Assembly: GCA_000432255.1 (NCBI GenBank)
Contig: HF989928.1
Location: 17,260-81,259, forward strand
DNA length: 64,000 bases
Reading direction: 5' to 3'
DNA from: Acholeplasma sp. CAG:878
GTDB taxonomy: Bacteria > Bacillota_I > Bacilli_A > RF39 > UBA660
The translations under genes and the position numbers were made by a program. The notes under the pieces are model-generated. The model worked only from the letters and a program-made list of their open reading frames with translations, searched no databases and was not told the origin of the DNA. Position 1 is the stretch's first letter. Each line of letters begins with the position of its first letter. This document shows positions 49,189 through 59,936 of this stretch, piece by piece.

Positions 49189-49791
49189 ATGTCAAGGTAT
49201 ACAGGACCAGTTAATCGCAAATCTCGTCGTTTATCATTCTCTACACTAGAAAATGGTAAAGATATCGCTAAAAGACCTAATGTTCCAGGTCAACATGGTG
49301 GTAAAAGAGGTAAAAAATTATCTAACTATGGTGTTCAATTACAAGAAAAACAAAAAGTTCGTTTCATGTATGGTGTATCTGAAAAGCAATTTGAAGCTAT
49401 CTTCAAAAGAGCTGGTAAGATGAAAGGTGTACATGGCGAAAACTTCTTAAAACTTCTTGAAAGTAGATTAGACAACCTAGTTTATAGGTTAGGTTTTGCT
49501 ACTACAAGACGTGGAGCTCGTCAATTAGTTAACCATGGGCATATTACTGTTAATGGTAAAAAAGTTGATATCCCATCTTATACTTGCAAACCTGGTGATG
49601 TTATTGCGGTAAAAGATAATGCTAAAGAAATAGTTGTTATTAAATCAAGTTTAGAAGCATTAAATAAAAGAGTTGAATTTGTTACTTATGATGATTCTAA
49701 AATGGCAGGTACTTATGTAAGATATCCTGAACGCAGTGAATTAAATGCTGATATTAATGAATCATTAATCGTTGAATTCTACAACAGATAG
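49189..49791 (+). CDS. rpsD: 30S ribosomal protein S4
   Basis: MSRYTGPVNRKSRRL...RLDNLVYRLGFATTRRGARQLVNHGHI. Confidence 0.97.
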   Translation: MSRYTGPVNRKSRRLSFSTLENGKDIAKRPNVPGQHGGKRGKKLSNYGVQLQEKQKVRFMYGVSEKQFEAIFKRAGKMKGVHGENFLKLLESRLDNLVYRLGFATTRRGARQLVNHGHITVNGKKVDIPSYTCKPGDVIAVKDNAKEIVVIKSSLEALNKRVEFVTYDDSKMAGTYVRYPERSELNADINESLIVEFYNR

Positions 49792-49817
49792 GAAATATTT
49801 ATTTCCTATTTTTTTTA
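49788..49817 (+). terminator. Rho-independent terminator after rpsD
   Basis: ATAGGAAAT-attt-ATTTCCTAT followed by T8. Confidence 0.8.
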
Positions 49818-49818
49818 A

Positions 49819-49842
49819 ACAAAAAAGAAGTTTTCACTTCTT
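49819..49842 (-). terminator. Terminator after the lipoprotein gene
   Basis: Minus strand AAGAAGT-gaaa-ACTTCTT followed by TTTTT. Confidence 0.6.
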
Positions 49843-50290
49843 ATTTGCATGTGAATCCTGATTCTTCTAGGCCTTTTTTAATAGAATCCATACTATCACC
49901 ATTTAAATTTAAAGCTTGTTTTTGTTCATCAGATAATTTATCCGAATTAATATTTGCTTTAAATTTAATAGTGTTATTGCTTACCTTAGAATCAACAGTA
50001 AATCCTTCTTCTTTTAACTCATCAAAGTTACTTGACATTGTTTTAGAAAAAGCTTCCATAGACATTCCAGTTTGTTCCATTACTTTTTTAGTTTCGTCAT
50101 CAACAGTGATATTCATTTCAACATCTACTTTTTTAACTGCTTCATCTTTGTCATCAAAATTAATAATCATTTTACTTTTCATATCAATTCCTGATTGACT
50201 TTGATCAAGTGTACAAGTTAATGTTTTACCTCCACATCCCGTCAATACTAATGTAGAACATAACCCCAATCCTAATAAAATTTTCTTCAT
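49841..50290 (-). CDS. Lipoprotein (DUF1307/YehR-like)
   Basis: MKKILLGLGLCSTLVLTGCGG lipobox. Confidence 0.75.
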   Translation of the reverse strand: MKKILLGLGLCSTLVLTGCGGKTLTCTLDQSQSGIDMKSKMIINFDDKDEAVKKVDVEMNITVDDETKKVMEQTGMSMEAFSKTMSSNFDELKEEGFTVDSKVSNNTIKFKANINSDKLSDEQKQALNLNGDSMDSIKKGLEESGFTCK

Positions 50291-50342
50291 AACATACTCC
50301 TTTCTATAATGATTATATCAAAAATAAAATTATTTTACAACA

Positions 50343-50843
50343 TTAAAATAAAAATGAAACTAAAATAATACTTAATGTAATACTAGCTAAATCAGCTAAT
50401 AATCCTGCCCATAAAGCATATTTTATTTTTTTTATACCAACACTTCCAAAATATAGGGTTAGAACATAAAATGTTGTATCTGTCGAGCCTTGAATAAAAG
50501 ATGCTAGTGTTCCTATATAGCCATCTGGAGTAAATTGTTCATAAATATTTGCCAAAATAGCAAGTGATGATGTTCCAGAAATCGGTCTTATTAAAGCCAT
50601 AGGAATGATTTCACTAGGAATTAATTTTAAGATGTTTATATAATTTAAAAGTTCTAAAATATTACTATTTACTAAAATATTAATAGCCAAAACCATTGCT
50701 AACAATGGTGGAAATAATTTTAATATCATTTCAAAACTTTCTTTTGCTCCATCTATAAAAGTATCATACAAAGGAACTTTTTTATAAAATCCATATAAAA
50801 TTATAAACAAAACTATAAAAGGAATAATTAATTTTGACATCAT
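50343..50843 (-). CDS. spmB: Spore maturation protein B
   Basis: Nucleoside-recognition-type membrane protein, third gene of a dacB-spmA-spmB arrangement. Confidence 0.8.
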   Translation of the reverse strand: MMSKLIIPFIVLFIILYGFYKKVPLYDTFIDGAKESFEMILKLFPPLLAMVLAINILVNSNILELLNYINILKLIPSEIIPMALIRPISGTSSLAILANIYEQFTPDGYIGTLASFIQGSTDTTFYVLTLYFGSVGIKKIKYALWAGLLADLASITLSIILVSFLF

Positions 50844-51415
50844 TTCCTCCTTGCAAATAGTCTATCAATCATTAGCCCAATTATTGTACCTAGTACACTT
50901 ATAAGAAAACACATCCCAACAATACTAGTTGGATTATTACTTCCATAAGCAATTCTAAGAGAAATAATTGTTGTTGGAACAATTGTAATTCCACTTGTAT
51001 TTAAAACTAAAAAAGTTATCATCGACCTACTTGCTACTTCTTTATTATCATTAAGTTCTTGTAGAGATTGCATCGCCTTTAATCCAAATGGTGTTGCAGC
51101 ATTACCCAACCCAAACATATTAGCAATTATATTTGAACTAATATAACTTAATGATACATGACCTTTAGGAATTTCAGGAAATATGTATTTAAGAACAAAA
51201 GAAATTTTATTAGATATTTTTTTTAACAAACCAGATTCTTCAGCTATTTTACATATACCTAGCCATAAAGCCATAACAGGAAATATTTTTACAACTAATG
51301 AAAAAGCTTTAGAAGCACTATCTAATATGGTTGTGTTTAAGGTATCTAATTCTCCTTTAGAAAAACAATATATTATACCTATTAATATAAATAAGCCCCA
51401 TATTTTATTTACCAC
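50840..51415 (-). CDS. spmA: Spore maturation protein A
   Basis: Membrane protein overlapping dacB and spmB. Conserved operon order as in B. subtilis. Confidence 0.8.
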   Translation of the reverse strand: MVNKIWGLFILIGIIYCFSKGELDTLNTTILDSASKAFSLVVKIFPVMALWLGICKIAEESGLLKKISNKISFVLKYIFPEIPKGHVSLSYISSNIIANMFGLGNAATPFGLKAMQSLQELNDNKEVASRSMITFLVLNTSGITIVPTTIISLRIAYGSNNPTSIVGMCFLISVLGTIIGLMIDRLFARRK

Positions 51416-52475
51416 ATAACCAATCCTTTATTCTTTGAAAAAAACTTTTCTTTTGTGTTTTAAGTACATATACATCTTGTTCATCTACTTTTTCATTATT
51501 TACTAACAATTTTACTTTTCCAACTATTTCTTCATCACTAAAATTATTTTTTTTAACTAATTCATATTTGAGAAGAACATTATTTTTATCACTATCTTTA
51601 AGTAACAAATTAAATTCTCTTTTGACACTTAAATTATTATAGTAATTTTCTCCTATAATGTTTATTCGACCACTTTTTAAGATACGATATTTAGTGTAAT
51701 TATTAAATGCTTCTTCATACATATTTATATGGTCATAGAAGTCATTGCCATCATTTAGTGTTACTGCGACTAAATTAATATTATTTTTACTTGCACTTGT
51801 TACTAATGTTCTTCTAGCTATTTCTGTAAATCCTGTTTTTCCTCCTGTTGTATATTTATAATTAAATAATAGTTTATTTTTATTTGTCCATGAATAATAA
51901 TTCATATTAGTTTTAACAGTGTGTTTTTTAGTACCAACTATTTTTTTGAATTCATCATTTTTAATAGCATAACTCATAAGTAAAGCCATATCATAAGCTG
52001 TTGACATATTTCCCTTTTTTTCATCTAAACCACTAGGGTTATTGAATGTTGTATTTTTCATTCCTATTTCTCTTGCTTTTTCATTAAGCATTTTTACAAA
52101 TGTTTCTACATCACCACCTACATATTTAGCAATCGCTAAAGCAGCATCATTTCCACTTCTTAACATCAAACCATAAAGTAAATCTCTTAAACTTATTTCT
52201 TCACCAATATGGATATATATTCCTGAACCATAAGCATCATTTATTTCGTCACCCACTTTAACTACATCATCTAATTTACCAGATTCTATAGCAACTATAG
52301 CTGTCATTATTTTAGAAATTGAAGCTACACTTCTAATTTCATTTGGATTACTTTCATATAAAACGTTGTTAGTATCACTGTCCATTAAAACAGTTGCTCT
52401 ACTCGATGTAGAAAAAGCAAAAACATTATTTAAACCAATTATAAACAAACTAACTACAAACACTATTTTTTTCAT
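51405..52475 (-). CDS. dacB: D-alanyl-D-alanine carboxypeptidase (PBP5* type)
   Basis: SVASISKIMT (SxxK), LRSGND (SxN), GGKTGFT (KTG). Signal peptide present. Confidence 0.9.
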   Translation of the reverse strand: MKKIVFVVSLFIIGLNNVFAFSTSSRATVLMDSDTNNVLYESNPNEIRSVASISKIMTAIVAIESGKLDDVVKVGDEINDAYGSGIYIHIGEEISLRDLLYGLMLRSGNDAALAIAKYVGGDVETFVKMLNEKAREIGMKNTTFNNPSGLDEKKGNMSTAYDMALLMSYAIKNDEFKKIVGTKKHTVKTNMNYYSWTNKNKLLFNYKYTTGGKTGFTEIARRTLVTSASKNNINLVAVTLNDGNDFYDHINMYEEAFNNYTKYRILKSGRINIIGENYYNNLSVKREFNLLLKDSDKNNVLLKYELVKKNNFSDEEIVGKVKLLVNNEKVDEQDVYVLKTQKKSFFQRIKDWLCGK

Positions 52476-52577
52476 AAAACCACCTACATAATATTATGTA
52501 ATTTTAAACTTTTTATTTCAACTTGAAAAATATTAATATATTTGATACAATGTTTATTGTCTAGTTAGGAGTAAAAT

Positions 52578-53435
52578 ATGAGTAAAAATAGAAAAGATGG
52601 TAAATACATCAAACCAGAGGATTCAATTCATGCTATAATGCCATATTTGTTTAAAAATAGAACAGAAGCAGAAGTTTATATGAAAGCTGAATTTGATGTT
52701 ACCAAATTAGTTGAATATGTCGATAAATTAAACAAAGAAAGTGATTATCCAATAACTTATTTTCATGCTTTTACAACAGCAATCGCAAAGGTAATCTATA
52801 ATAGACCACTATTAAATAGATTTGTTGCTGGAAGAAGAATGTATGAAAGAAATAAAGTTACATTTTCTTTTGTAGCTAAAAATAAATTTGAAGATAATGC
52901 ACAAGAAAGATTAATTATTTTAGATGCTTATAAATCTATGAATTTAGACAAAATTAGTAAATTTATTCAAGACAAGGTATCAAAAACGAGGAAAGAAGGA
53001 ACAAATGATATAAATGATACATTAAAATTTGTAACAAGTTTTCCAAGATTCATTACCAAAGCAATCGTCAGATTTTTTTATTTTTTAGATTATCATGGAT
53101 TAGTTCCAAGTAGTATAGCTGATACTGATAGTAATTATGCGACAGTGCTTTTATCAAATTTAGGAAGCATTAAATCAGCTTCTTGCTATCACCATTTAAA
53201 TAATTATGGTACAAATTCAATTGTAGCAACAATAGGTGAAATACACAAAATTAATTATTTAACTGAAACTGGCAAAGTTAAAGAAAAAACTATAGTTGAT
53301 ATAAGTTTTACTTTAGATGAAAGAATTGCTGACGGATTTTACTTTGCAAAATCTATTAAGTTATTAGAATACATTATTAATAATCCTGAATTATTAAACG
53401 ATGAAATCAGTAAGGAAGTGAATTATGAAAATTGA
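52578..53435 (+). CDS. 2-oxoacid dehydrogenase E2-like acyltransferase catalytic-domain protein (stand-alone)
   Basis: C-terminal FTLDERIADGFYFAKS aligns with the E2/CAT DHRxxDG motif, with Glu in place of His. Confidence 0.5.
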   Translation: MSKNRKDGKYIKPEDSIHAIMPYLFKNRTEAEVYMKAEFDVTKLVEYVDKLNKESDYPITYFHAFTTAIAKVIYNRPLLNRFVAGRRMYERNKVTFSFVAKNKFEDNAQERLIILDAYKSMNLDKISKFIQDKVSKTRKEGTNDINDTLKFVTSFPRFITKAIVRFFYFLDYHGLVPSSIADTDSNYATVLLSNLGSIKSASCYHHLNNYGTNSIVATIGEIHKINYLTETGKVKEKTIVDISFTLDERIADGFYFAKSIKLLEYIINNPELLNDEISKEVNYEN

Positions 53436-55116
53436 TACACCTTGGTTAAGTCAATATGAAAATATAAAAGCAAGTTATGATTATCCCGATATAAGTTTAG
53501 TCGATTTTTTAGAGGAAACTGTAAAAAAATACCCTACACATATTGCTTATAATTATTTTAATAGGCAAGCTACTCTAAAAGAATTTTTTGATGATATATT
53601 AGAATGTGCGAAAGCTTTAAAAGCAATTGGAGTTGAAAAGGGAGATAGAGTTACAATTTGTATGCCTAATACTCCTGAAGCTATCACTTTCTTTTATGCC
53701 CTTAACACGATAGGGGCAGTAGCAAATATGATTCATCCCTTATCAGCGGAAAGTGAAATTAAATTTTATTTAAATGTATCTGAAAGTAAAGTTGCATTAG
53801 TTATAAATGTATGTTATGACAAGTTTAAAAACATAATTGATGAAACAAAGTTGGAAAAAATAATTATTGCTAGCCCAAATATTTCTATGCCTACTATTTT
53901 ATCAGTTGGTTATTACGTAACACAAGGAAGAAAAATAAAAATTTGTGAAAATGACAAAATCATAGATTATAATAAATTCATTAAACTCTCAAAAAAATAT
54001 AGAAAAAATCCTAGAATTCATACTAGTGGTAAAAATGCAGCTGTAATATTATATAGCGGTGGAACTACTGGAAAACCAAAAGGAATCGTTTTATCAAATT
54101 TAAATTTCAATGCTGTTGCTATTCAAGGTAAAGCTATGTGTGACTGTATAGAGCCAGGAGATAAAGTTTTATCAATTATGCCTATTTTTCATGGGTTTGG
54201 TTTAGGAATCTGTATTCACACTGTAATTTGTGCAGGAGCGACTGCTGTTATATTACCACAATTCGATGTTAATACATTTGATAAATTACTTAAAAAATAT
54301 AAGCCAAATATCATTGCTGGCGTTCCAACACTTTACGAAGCATTACTTAGAAATCCAAAAATCGATGAAATGGATTTATCTTTCTTGAAATGTGCAATTT
54401 CTGGTGGCGATAGTCTATCAATAAATTTGAAGAAAAAAGTTGATAAATTTCTTCAAGAACATAATGCTAAGTGTCAAATTCGTGAAGGTTATGGTTTAAC
54501 TGAATGTGTTACCGGAAGTTGCCTAACTCCTAAAGAAAATTACAAAGAAGGAAGTATTGGAATTCCATATCCAGATACTTACTATAAAATAGTTATTCCT
54601 AATACTCATACTAAATTAAATTATGGCGAAACTGGTGAGATTTGTTTATCAGGACCAACTGTTATGTTAGGATATTTAAATGAACCAAAAGAAACTGGCC
54701 ATACACTGCAATTACATGAAGATGGACTTGTTTGGCTACACACAGGTGATTTAGGTTCTATGGATGAAGAAGGATTTATTTATTTTAAACAAAGATTAAA
54801 AAGAATGATTATTTCATCAGGTTACAATATTTATCCACAAGTAATCGAAAATGTTATTGACTCTCACCCTGATGTATTATATTCAACAGTAATAGGAATT
54901 CCCGATGATTACAAGGGGCAAAAAGTTAAAGCATTTATAGTATTAAAAAATGGTATAAATCCAACCGATGAGGTTCAAAATAGTATAAAAGAACATTGTT
55001 CTAAAAATATTGCAAAATATGCAATGCCAAAGGAATTTGAATATCGTGATTCACTTCCAAAAACTCTAGTTGGAAAAGTTGCATTTCGAGAACTAATGGA
55101 TGAAGAAAAAAGGTAG
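53425..55116 (+). CDS. AMP-dependent synthetase/ligase (acyl-CoA ligase family)
   Basis: ILYSGGTTGKPKGIVLS AMP-binding signature, TGDLGSMDEEGF, PKTLVGKV. Confidence 0.9.
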   Translation: MKIDTPWLSQYENIKASYDYPDISLVDFLEETVKKYPTHIAYNYFNRQATLKEFFDDILECAKALKAIGVEKGDRVTICMPNTPEAITFFYALNTIGAVANMIHPLSAESEIKFYLNVSESKVALVINVCYDKFKNIIDETKLEKIIIASPNISMPTILSVGYYVTQGRKIKICENDKIIDYNKFIKLSKKYRKNPRIHTSGKNAAVILYSGGTTGKPKGIVLSNLNFNAVAIQGKAMCDCIEPGDKVLSIMPIFHGFGLGICIHTVICAGATAVILPQFDVNTFDKLLKKYKPNIIAGVPTLYEALLRNPKIDEMDLSFLKCAISGGDSLSINLKKKVDKFLQEHNAKCQIREGYGLTECVTGSCLTPKENYKEGSIGIPYPDTYYKIVIPNTHTKLNYGETGEICLSGPTVMLGYLNEPKETGHTLQLHEDGLVWLHTGDLGSMDEEGFIYFKQRLKRMIISSGYNIYPQVIENVIDSHPDVLYSTVIGIPDDYKGQKVKAFIVLKNGINPTDEVQNSIKEHCSKNIAKYAMPKEFEYRDSLPKTLVGKVAFRELMDEEKR

Positions 55117-55132
55117 TATAAATACCTTTTTT
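55107..55132 (+). terminator. Rho-independent terminator
   Basis: AAAGGTA-N7-TACCTTTT followed by TT. Confidence 0.65.
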
Positions 55133-55163
55133 GTATAACTTTTTTTAATTTACATATAATATT

Positions 55164-55190
55164 TTAGCACTCTTACTTGACAAGTGCTAA
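55164..55190 (+). promoter_or_regulatory. CIRCE operator (HrcA binding site)
   Basis: TTAGCACTC-ttacttgac-AAGTGCTAA. This matches TTAGCACTC-N9-GAGTGCTAA at 17/18 positions. Confidence 0.85.
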
Positions 55191-55205
55191 AATAAGTAGT
55201 ATAAT
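55177..55205 (+). promoter_or_regulatory. Consensus sigma-A promoter overlapping CIRCE
   Basis: TTGACA-17 nt-TATAAT. The -35 lies inside the CIRCE spacer. Confidence 0.75.
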
Positions 55206-55230
55206 TGTTATGTTAAAAAGGAGGGATAAC

Positions 55231-57345
55231 ATGAATAATCTAGAGCAAGAAAACTTAGAAAATGTTTTAGAAAAATATGGTCGTGATATAACACAAGCTG
55301 TAAAAGATAATAAAATTGACCCCGTAATAGGTCGTGATGATGAAATAAGAAGCATCACAAGAATTTTATCTCGTAAAACTAAAAATAACCCAGTTTTGAT
55401 TGGTGAACCTGGTGTTGGTAAAACCGCCATCGTTGAAGGTTTAGCTAATAGAATTGTTAAAGGTGATGTTCCGAATAGTTTAAAAAATAAAAAAATATGG
55501 GAATTAGATATGGGAGCATTGATTGCCGGTGCAAAATACCGTGGTGAATTCGAAGAAAGACTAAAAGCTGTTTTAAAAGAAGTAAAAGATTCTAATGGTG
55601 AAATAATTATGTTTATCGATGAAATTCACATGATTGTTGGTGCTGGAGCTATCGAAGGAGCAATGGATGCTGGTAACATGTTAAAACCTATGCTAGCAAG
55701 AGGCGAAATTCATTGTATTGGAGCAACTACATTAAATGAATATCGTAAATATATTGAAAAAGATGGTGCATTAGAAAGAAGATTTCAAAAAATAATTGTT
55801 AAAGAACCAACTGTTATAGACACAATTACTATTCTACGTGGTTTAAAACAAAGATTAGAGGTTTTTCACGGAGTTAACATCAAAGATAAGGCAATTGTAG
55901 CTGCTGCTACACTCTCAGATAGATATATAACAAATAGATTTCTTCCGGATAAAGCAATTGATTTAATCGATGAAGCATGTGCAACTATAAAAGTTCAAAT
56001 GGAATCTGTACCAACTGAACTTGATACATTGACGCGAAATATAATGCAACTTGAAATAGAAAATCAAGCTTTAAAAAAAGAAAAAGATGATATTTCTAAA
56101 AAAAGGAAACAAGAAATTGAAGAAGAAATAAGTAATCTTAAAGTAAGAGAAAAAGAACTTCGCGATAGATGGGAAGATGAAAAAAATATTAATAACCAAA
56201 TTAATAAGAAAAAAGAAGAGATTGCCGCTTCCAACCACCAACTAGAGCAAGCAGAAAACGTTTACGATTTGGAAAAAGCAGCTAAATTAAGACATGGAAC
56301 AATTCCAAGACTTGAAAAAGAATTAGAAGAATTGCAAGCTAAAAATAAATCAGATATTTTAAGTGATACAGTTGATGAAAATGATATAGCTTCTATCATA
56401 TCTAAGTGGACTAATATTCCGATTAGTAAACTAGTTGGTAGTGAGAAAGACAAATTATTAAATTTGGAAAGTAATATGCTTAAGAGAGTTAAGGGTCAAG
56501 ATGATGCTATTAAATTAGTAAGTGAAGCAATTATAAGGGCAAGGGCAGGAATAAAAGATCCAAATAGGCCAATTGGCTCATTTATCTTCCTAGGTCCTAC
56601 TGGAGTTGGTAAAACTGAAGTTGCTAAAACTTTAGCTTATGAATTATTTGATGATGAACGACATATGATTAGAATTGATATGAGTGAATATATGGAAAGT
56701 CATTCAGTTTCAAGATTAATCGGTTCACCTCCAGGATATGTTGGTTATGATGAAGGTGGTCAATTAACTGAAGCAGTAAGAAGAAATCCATATAGTATTG
56801 TTTTATTTGATGAAATTGAAAAAGCTCATCGTGATGTATTTAATATACTATTACAAATATTAGATGATGGTAGAATTACTGATTCACAAGGAAGAACAGT
56901 TGATTTTAAAAATACAATTATTATAATGACATCTAATTTAGGTAGTGAATATATATTAGATAATAACACTAATTCTAATGAACTAGTAATGAATGAACTT
57001 AAAAAAACTTTTAGACCTGAATTTATCAATAGAATAGATGAAATAATTATATTTAAATCATTGGATAAAAACACTATTTATGAAATTCTTGATAAAATAA
57101 TTGGAGAAATTGAAAAGCGTTTAAGTGACACAAATGTAAAAATAACCTTGTCAGATAAAGCAAAAGACTATATTATCAACCATTCATTCGAACCATCATA
57201 TGGAGCAAGACCAATTAAAAGATTCGTAACTAGAACAATTGAAAACAAACTTGCACAAGCTATAATTAACAATGAAATAAAATTTGGTTCAAACATTTTC
57301 TTTGATATTGAAAATGATGATTTAATTATCAAAAAAATCTCGTAA
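55231..57345 (+). CDS. clpB: ClpB disaggregase lacking the N-terminal domain (704 aa)
   Basis: Starts at the ..[28 protein letters not shown] linker. Two AAA+ modules ([18 protein letters not shown]). Long M-domain coiled coil. ATG at 55231 follows AAGGAGG. Confidence 0.92.
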   Translation: MNNLEQENLENVLEKYGRDITQAVKDNKIDPVIGRDDEIRSITRILSRKTKNNPVLIGEPGVGKTAIVEGLANRIVKGDVPNSLKNKKIWELDMGALIAGAKYRGEFEERLKAVLKEVKDSNGEIIMFIDEIHMIVGAGAIEGAMDAGNMLKPMLARGEIHCIGATTLNEYRKYIEKDGALERRFQKIIVKEPTVIDTITILRGLKQRLEVFHGVNIKDKAIVAAATLSDRYITNRFLPDKAIDLIDEACATIKVQMESVPTELDTLTRNIMQLEIENQALKKEKDDISKKRKQEIEEEISNLKVREKELRDRWEDEKNINNQINKKKEEIAASNHQLEQAENVYDLEKAAKLRHGTIPRLEKELEELQAKNKSDILSDTVDENDIASIISKWTNIPISKLVGSEKDKLLNLESNMLKRVKGQDDAIKLVSEAIIRARAGIKDPNRPIGSFIFLGPTGVGKTEVAKTLAYELFDDERHMIRIDMSEYMESHSVSRLIGSPPGYVGYDEGGQLTEAVRRNPYSIVLFDEIEKAHRDVFNILLQILDDGRITDSQGRTVDFKNTIIIMTSNLGSEYILDNNTNSNELVMNELKKTFRPEFINRIDEIIIFKSLDKNTIYEILDKIIGEIEKRLSDTNVKITLSDKAKDYIINHSFEPSYGARPIKRFVTRTIENKLAQAIINNEIKFGSNIFFDIENDDLIIKKIS

Positions 57346-57360
57346 TTATACGGGATTTTT
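57333..57360. terminator. Bidirectional terminator shared by convergent clpB and the FkbM gene
   Basis: AAAAATCTCG-taattata-CGGGATTTTT (one G-U pair), overlapping both stop codons. Confidence 0.6.
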
Positions 57361-58422
57361 TAGTCTATTTTTAGGTACTGCATACATAACTAACTCTGCA
57401 TTAGTAAATCTATTTCTTGTAGTAGAAGCATATTTTCTATATATAATTTCATAATCATCAGAAATATTTTTTATAAACATTGGTAATTCATATAAATCGC
57501 TAGGCAAGTGATAAGCACAACAAGCAATTACTGGTTTATATTTTTTTATTGTTTTAATAGCTCCCTTGATTATATCTAATTCCATTCCTTCTACATCCAT
57601 ATTAATAATTGTAACTTCTTCATTAATTAAATTATCAATAGAATTAGAACTATTAATTTCACTATCTATAATCGATATTTTACTAGATATATTAAGTGGT
57701 AATAAATTTATATTACATCTACATTCTAAAACTCTTTTTTCATCACTTTCTAAAGCAAAATACTTATAAAATTTTTCATAATTTTCTAAAAAGTAAAACA
57801 AAGTATCTCCATTTGAACTACCACAATTAACTACACATTCATTTTCGAGTTTCAAAAAAACATTACTATCAAAATATTTGTTCCATGTTGGGTGCTGTGT
57901 TAATCTATAAAAATCATAGTTCATTATGCTTCTTATATATTCAACATATGTTTCTCTAGATTCGTCATCATATAGTAAGTTGAGCATTGTTTCGATATTT
58001 TTTTTATTTTTTTCTAAATAATTAATATAGTTATAATCATGTTTAACTATTTTTTCATAATCATACGGACACAAAGAATATTCTATATTTTTATTCTTCA
58101 TTTCTTTTAACAACAATTTGTTGTAAGAAACTGTCTTGTGACTATCATTGGTCAAAACAACAAAATATTTATCGTTTGGTAAATTTTTTATTTCATTGAT
58201 ACTACTTAATATTTTATAAGGTATAATTCCCTCGGTTTTTAACCATCTAATACAAGATTTTCCCAATTTAGAATCATCTATAACAATTACTTTATAATTT
58301 TCTTTAAAATGTTTATACCTTAGTATAGGTATATTATTCGGCGGTTCATAAACACCATGGGTAATTGATAAGTCATTATCCATTATTTTATTAAATTTTT
58401 CTATACTTTCTTCTATACTCAT
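57346..58422 (-). CDS. FkbM-family methyltransferase
   Basis: VTIINMDVEGMELDIIKGA, typical of the FkbM domain. 358 aa with an extra N-terminal region. Confidence 0.7.
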   Translation of the reverse strand: MSIEESIEKFNKIMDNDLSITHGVYEPPNNIPILRYKHFKENYKVIVIDDSKLGKSCIRWLKTEGIIPYKILSSINEIKNLPNDKYFVVLTNDSHKTVSYNKLLLKEMKNKNIEYSLCPYDYEKIVKHDYNYINYLEKNKKNIETMLNLLYDDESRETYVEYIRSIMNYDFYRLTQHPTWNKYFDSNVFLKLENECVVNCGSSNGDTLFYFLENYEKFYKYFALESDEKRVLECRCNINLLPLNISSKISIIDSEINSSNSIDNLINEEVTIINMDVEGMELDIIKGAIKTIKKYKPVIACCAYHLPSDLYELPMFIKNISDDYEIIYRKYASTTRNRFTNAELVMYAVPKNRLKNPV

Positions 58423-59183
58423 TTTTTCATCCTAACTATTTTAATTTTGCTACTATAAAAATCATTTTCTTTTGTAAACTCATATTCAGGATAAACACTT
58501 AGAATATGTTCCATGCTATCAAAAGTTACACTACCTGGTTTAATGATTTTTTTATTTTCACTCAAAACTTCAAATGTTTTATAACCCAATTCACGAGCAA
58601 TTTCTTTTATACTTTTTTCACTGCCATTTGTATTTTCGATACCAAGAAAATCAAAAATTAATATATATAAACTACCATCATCGTTTAAATGAGCTCTAGC
58701 TTCTTCCATTATTTTTAATATATATTTTCTTCCATCTATACCTCCAGAATCATGGACACTACCACTTATCATAGGCATTTGTGGTGGGTTTGATAAAATA
58801 ATATCATATTTTTTATTATCAACATTTTTAAAATAATCACTTTGATAACAATCAATATTAAAATTATTATCTTTAATTAATTTATTAAACCAATAAACAC
58901 AATTTAAATCGTAATCTACAGCTTCAATAGTTTTTGCTCCTCTTAACATAGATATAATTCCAAGAATTCCAAGAAAACCACATCCTAAATCTAAAATACT
59001 CTTATTTGCAATATTTTTTTCATTCAACACATCATAAAATAACAAGCCTGATTTTGGTATATAACCATTTTCAGAAATTTCTAATAAAAGATTTTCTATT
59101 TTAAAGTACCTTTTATTATTATCAGTTATGATGTGAAATTCGCTATCCATATTAAATGGATTATAAACTTCTATTTTTTCCAT
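58419..59183 (-). CDS. Class I SAM-dependent amino-methyltransferase (HemK/MTS-like, NPPQ motif)
   Basis: ILDLGCGFLGILG. ILSNPPQMPMISGSVHDSGGIDGRKY parallels PrmC NPPY...GG.DG. Confidence 0.7.
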   Translation of the reverse strand: MEKIEVYNPFNMDSEFHIITDNNKRYFKIENLLLEISENGYIPKSGLLFYDVLNEKNIANKSILDLGCGFLGILGIISMLRGAKTIEAVDYDLNCVYWFNKLIKDNNFNIDCYQSDYFKNVDNKKYDIILSNPPQMPMISGSVHDSGGIDGRKYILKIMEEARAHLNDDGSLYILIFDFLGIENTNGSEKSIKEIARELGYKTFEVLSENKKIIKPGSVTFDSMEHILSVYPEYEFTKENDFYSSKIKIVRMKK

Positions 59184-59928
59184 ATTCTTTTATTATCCTT
59201 TTCGCATATTTTTCATAACCATTTTCCTTGATATAATCTTCTAATTCTACCAAAGGAAAGATGATTTCTCCTTTAGAAACAAAAGGTGTTTCAGCATTTA
59301 TAAGCATTCTAACAGCTTCATAATAATCTTTTAAACTACAAGAAGTAGTGTATCCCAATTGTCTTAAAATCATTTTAATTCGCTTACTTTTAATGTTTTC
59401 AACAATTATATTTTTACAATTAATATTTAGTGGTAAGGCTTCATCAATTGATATTTGTCTTTCATCTGGAAGTAAGAAAGCACTATATTCTTCATACACA
59501 TTATTAGCAAAATAATCATTAATATTAATACTACCCAATACTAGTCCTCTTTCAAAATCCATTATATAAATATAATTATCGTTAATCATTATGTTTCTTG
59601 GGGCAAAATCTTTCCAAAAAAATTTATTTTCTATAAAATACTTTAAAAGTTCATTCACTAATAAAGCATTTACAGAGTGTTTACTCCCTCTAAGTAAAAT
59701 TTCAAGATTGTCACCAAAACATCTTTCCATTGTTAATTTTCCATTTGAAAAATCATAAACATTTGGTGTACATATATTATATTCTTTTCCTTGAAAAGAA
59801 AAAGGAGAAAAAGTTTTTAGAGTTTCACTTGCTTTTACTAAACAAGCTTTTTCACTTTCACTTGTCAATTTTATTACTTCTTTTTCATTAAATACTATTC
59901 TTCCTTCATCAAGCGATATAACTTCCAT
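59161..59928 (-). CDS. Protein-kinase-like fold protein (small-molecule or Kdo/RIO-type kinase family)
   Basis: WKDFAPRNIMIN (catalytic-loop D..N) and YIMDFERG (DFG-equivalent). Confidence 0.6.
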   Translation of the reverse strand: MEVISLDEGRIVFNEKEVIKLTSESEKACLVKASETLKTFSPFSFQGKEYNICTPNVYDFSNGKLTMERCFGDNLEILLRGSKHSVNALLVNELLKYFIENKFFWKDFAPRNIMINDNYIYIMDFERGLVLGSININDYFANNVYEEYSAFLLPDERQISIDEALPLNINCKNIIVENIKSKRIKMILRQLGYTTSCSLKDYYEAVRMLINAETPFVSKGEIIFPLVELEDYIKENGYEKYAKRIIKEYGKNRSL

Positions 59929-59936
59929 TTTCCCTC

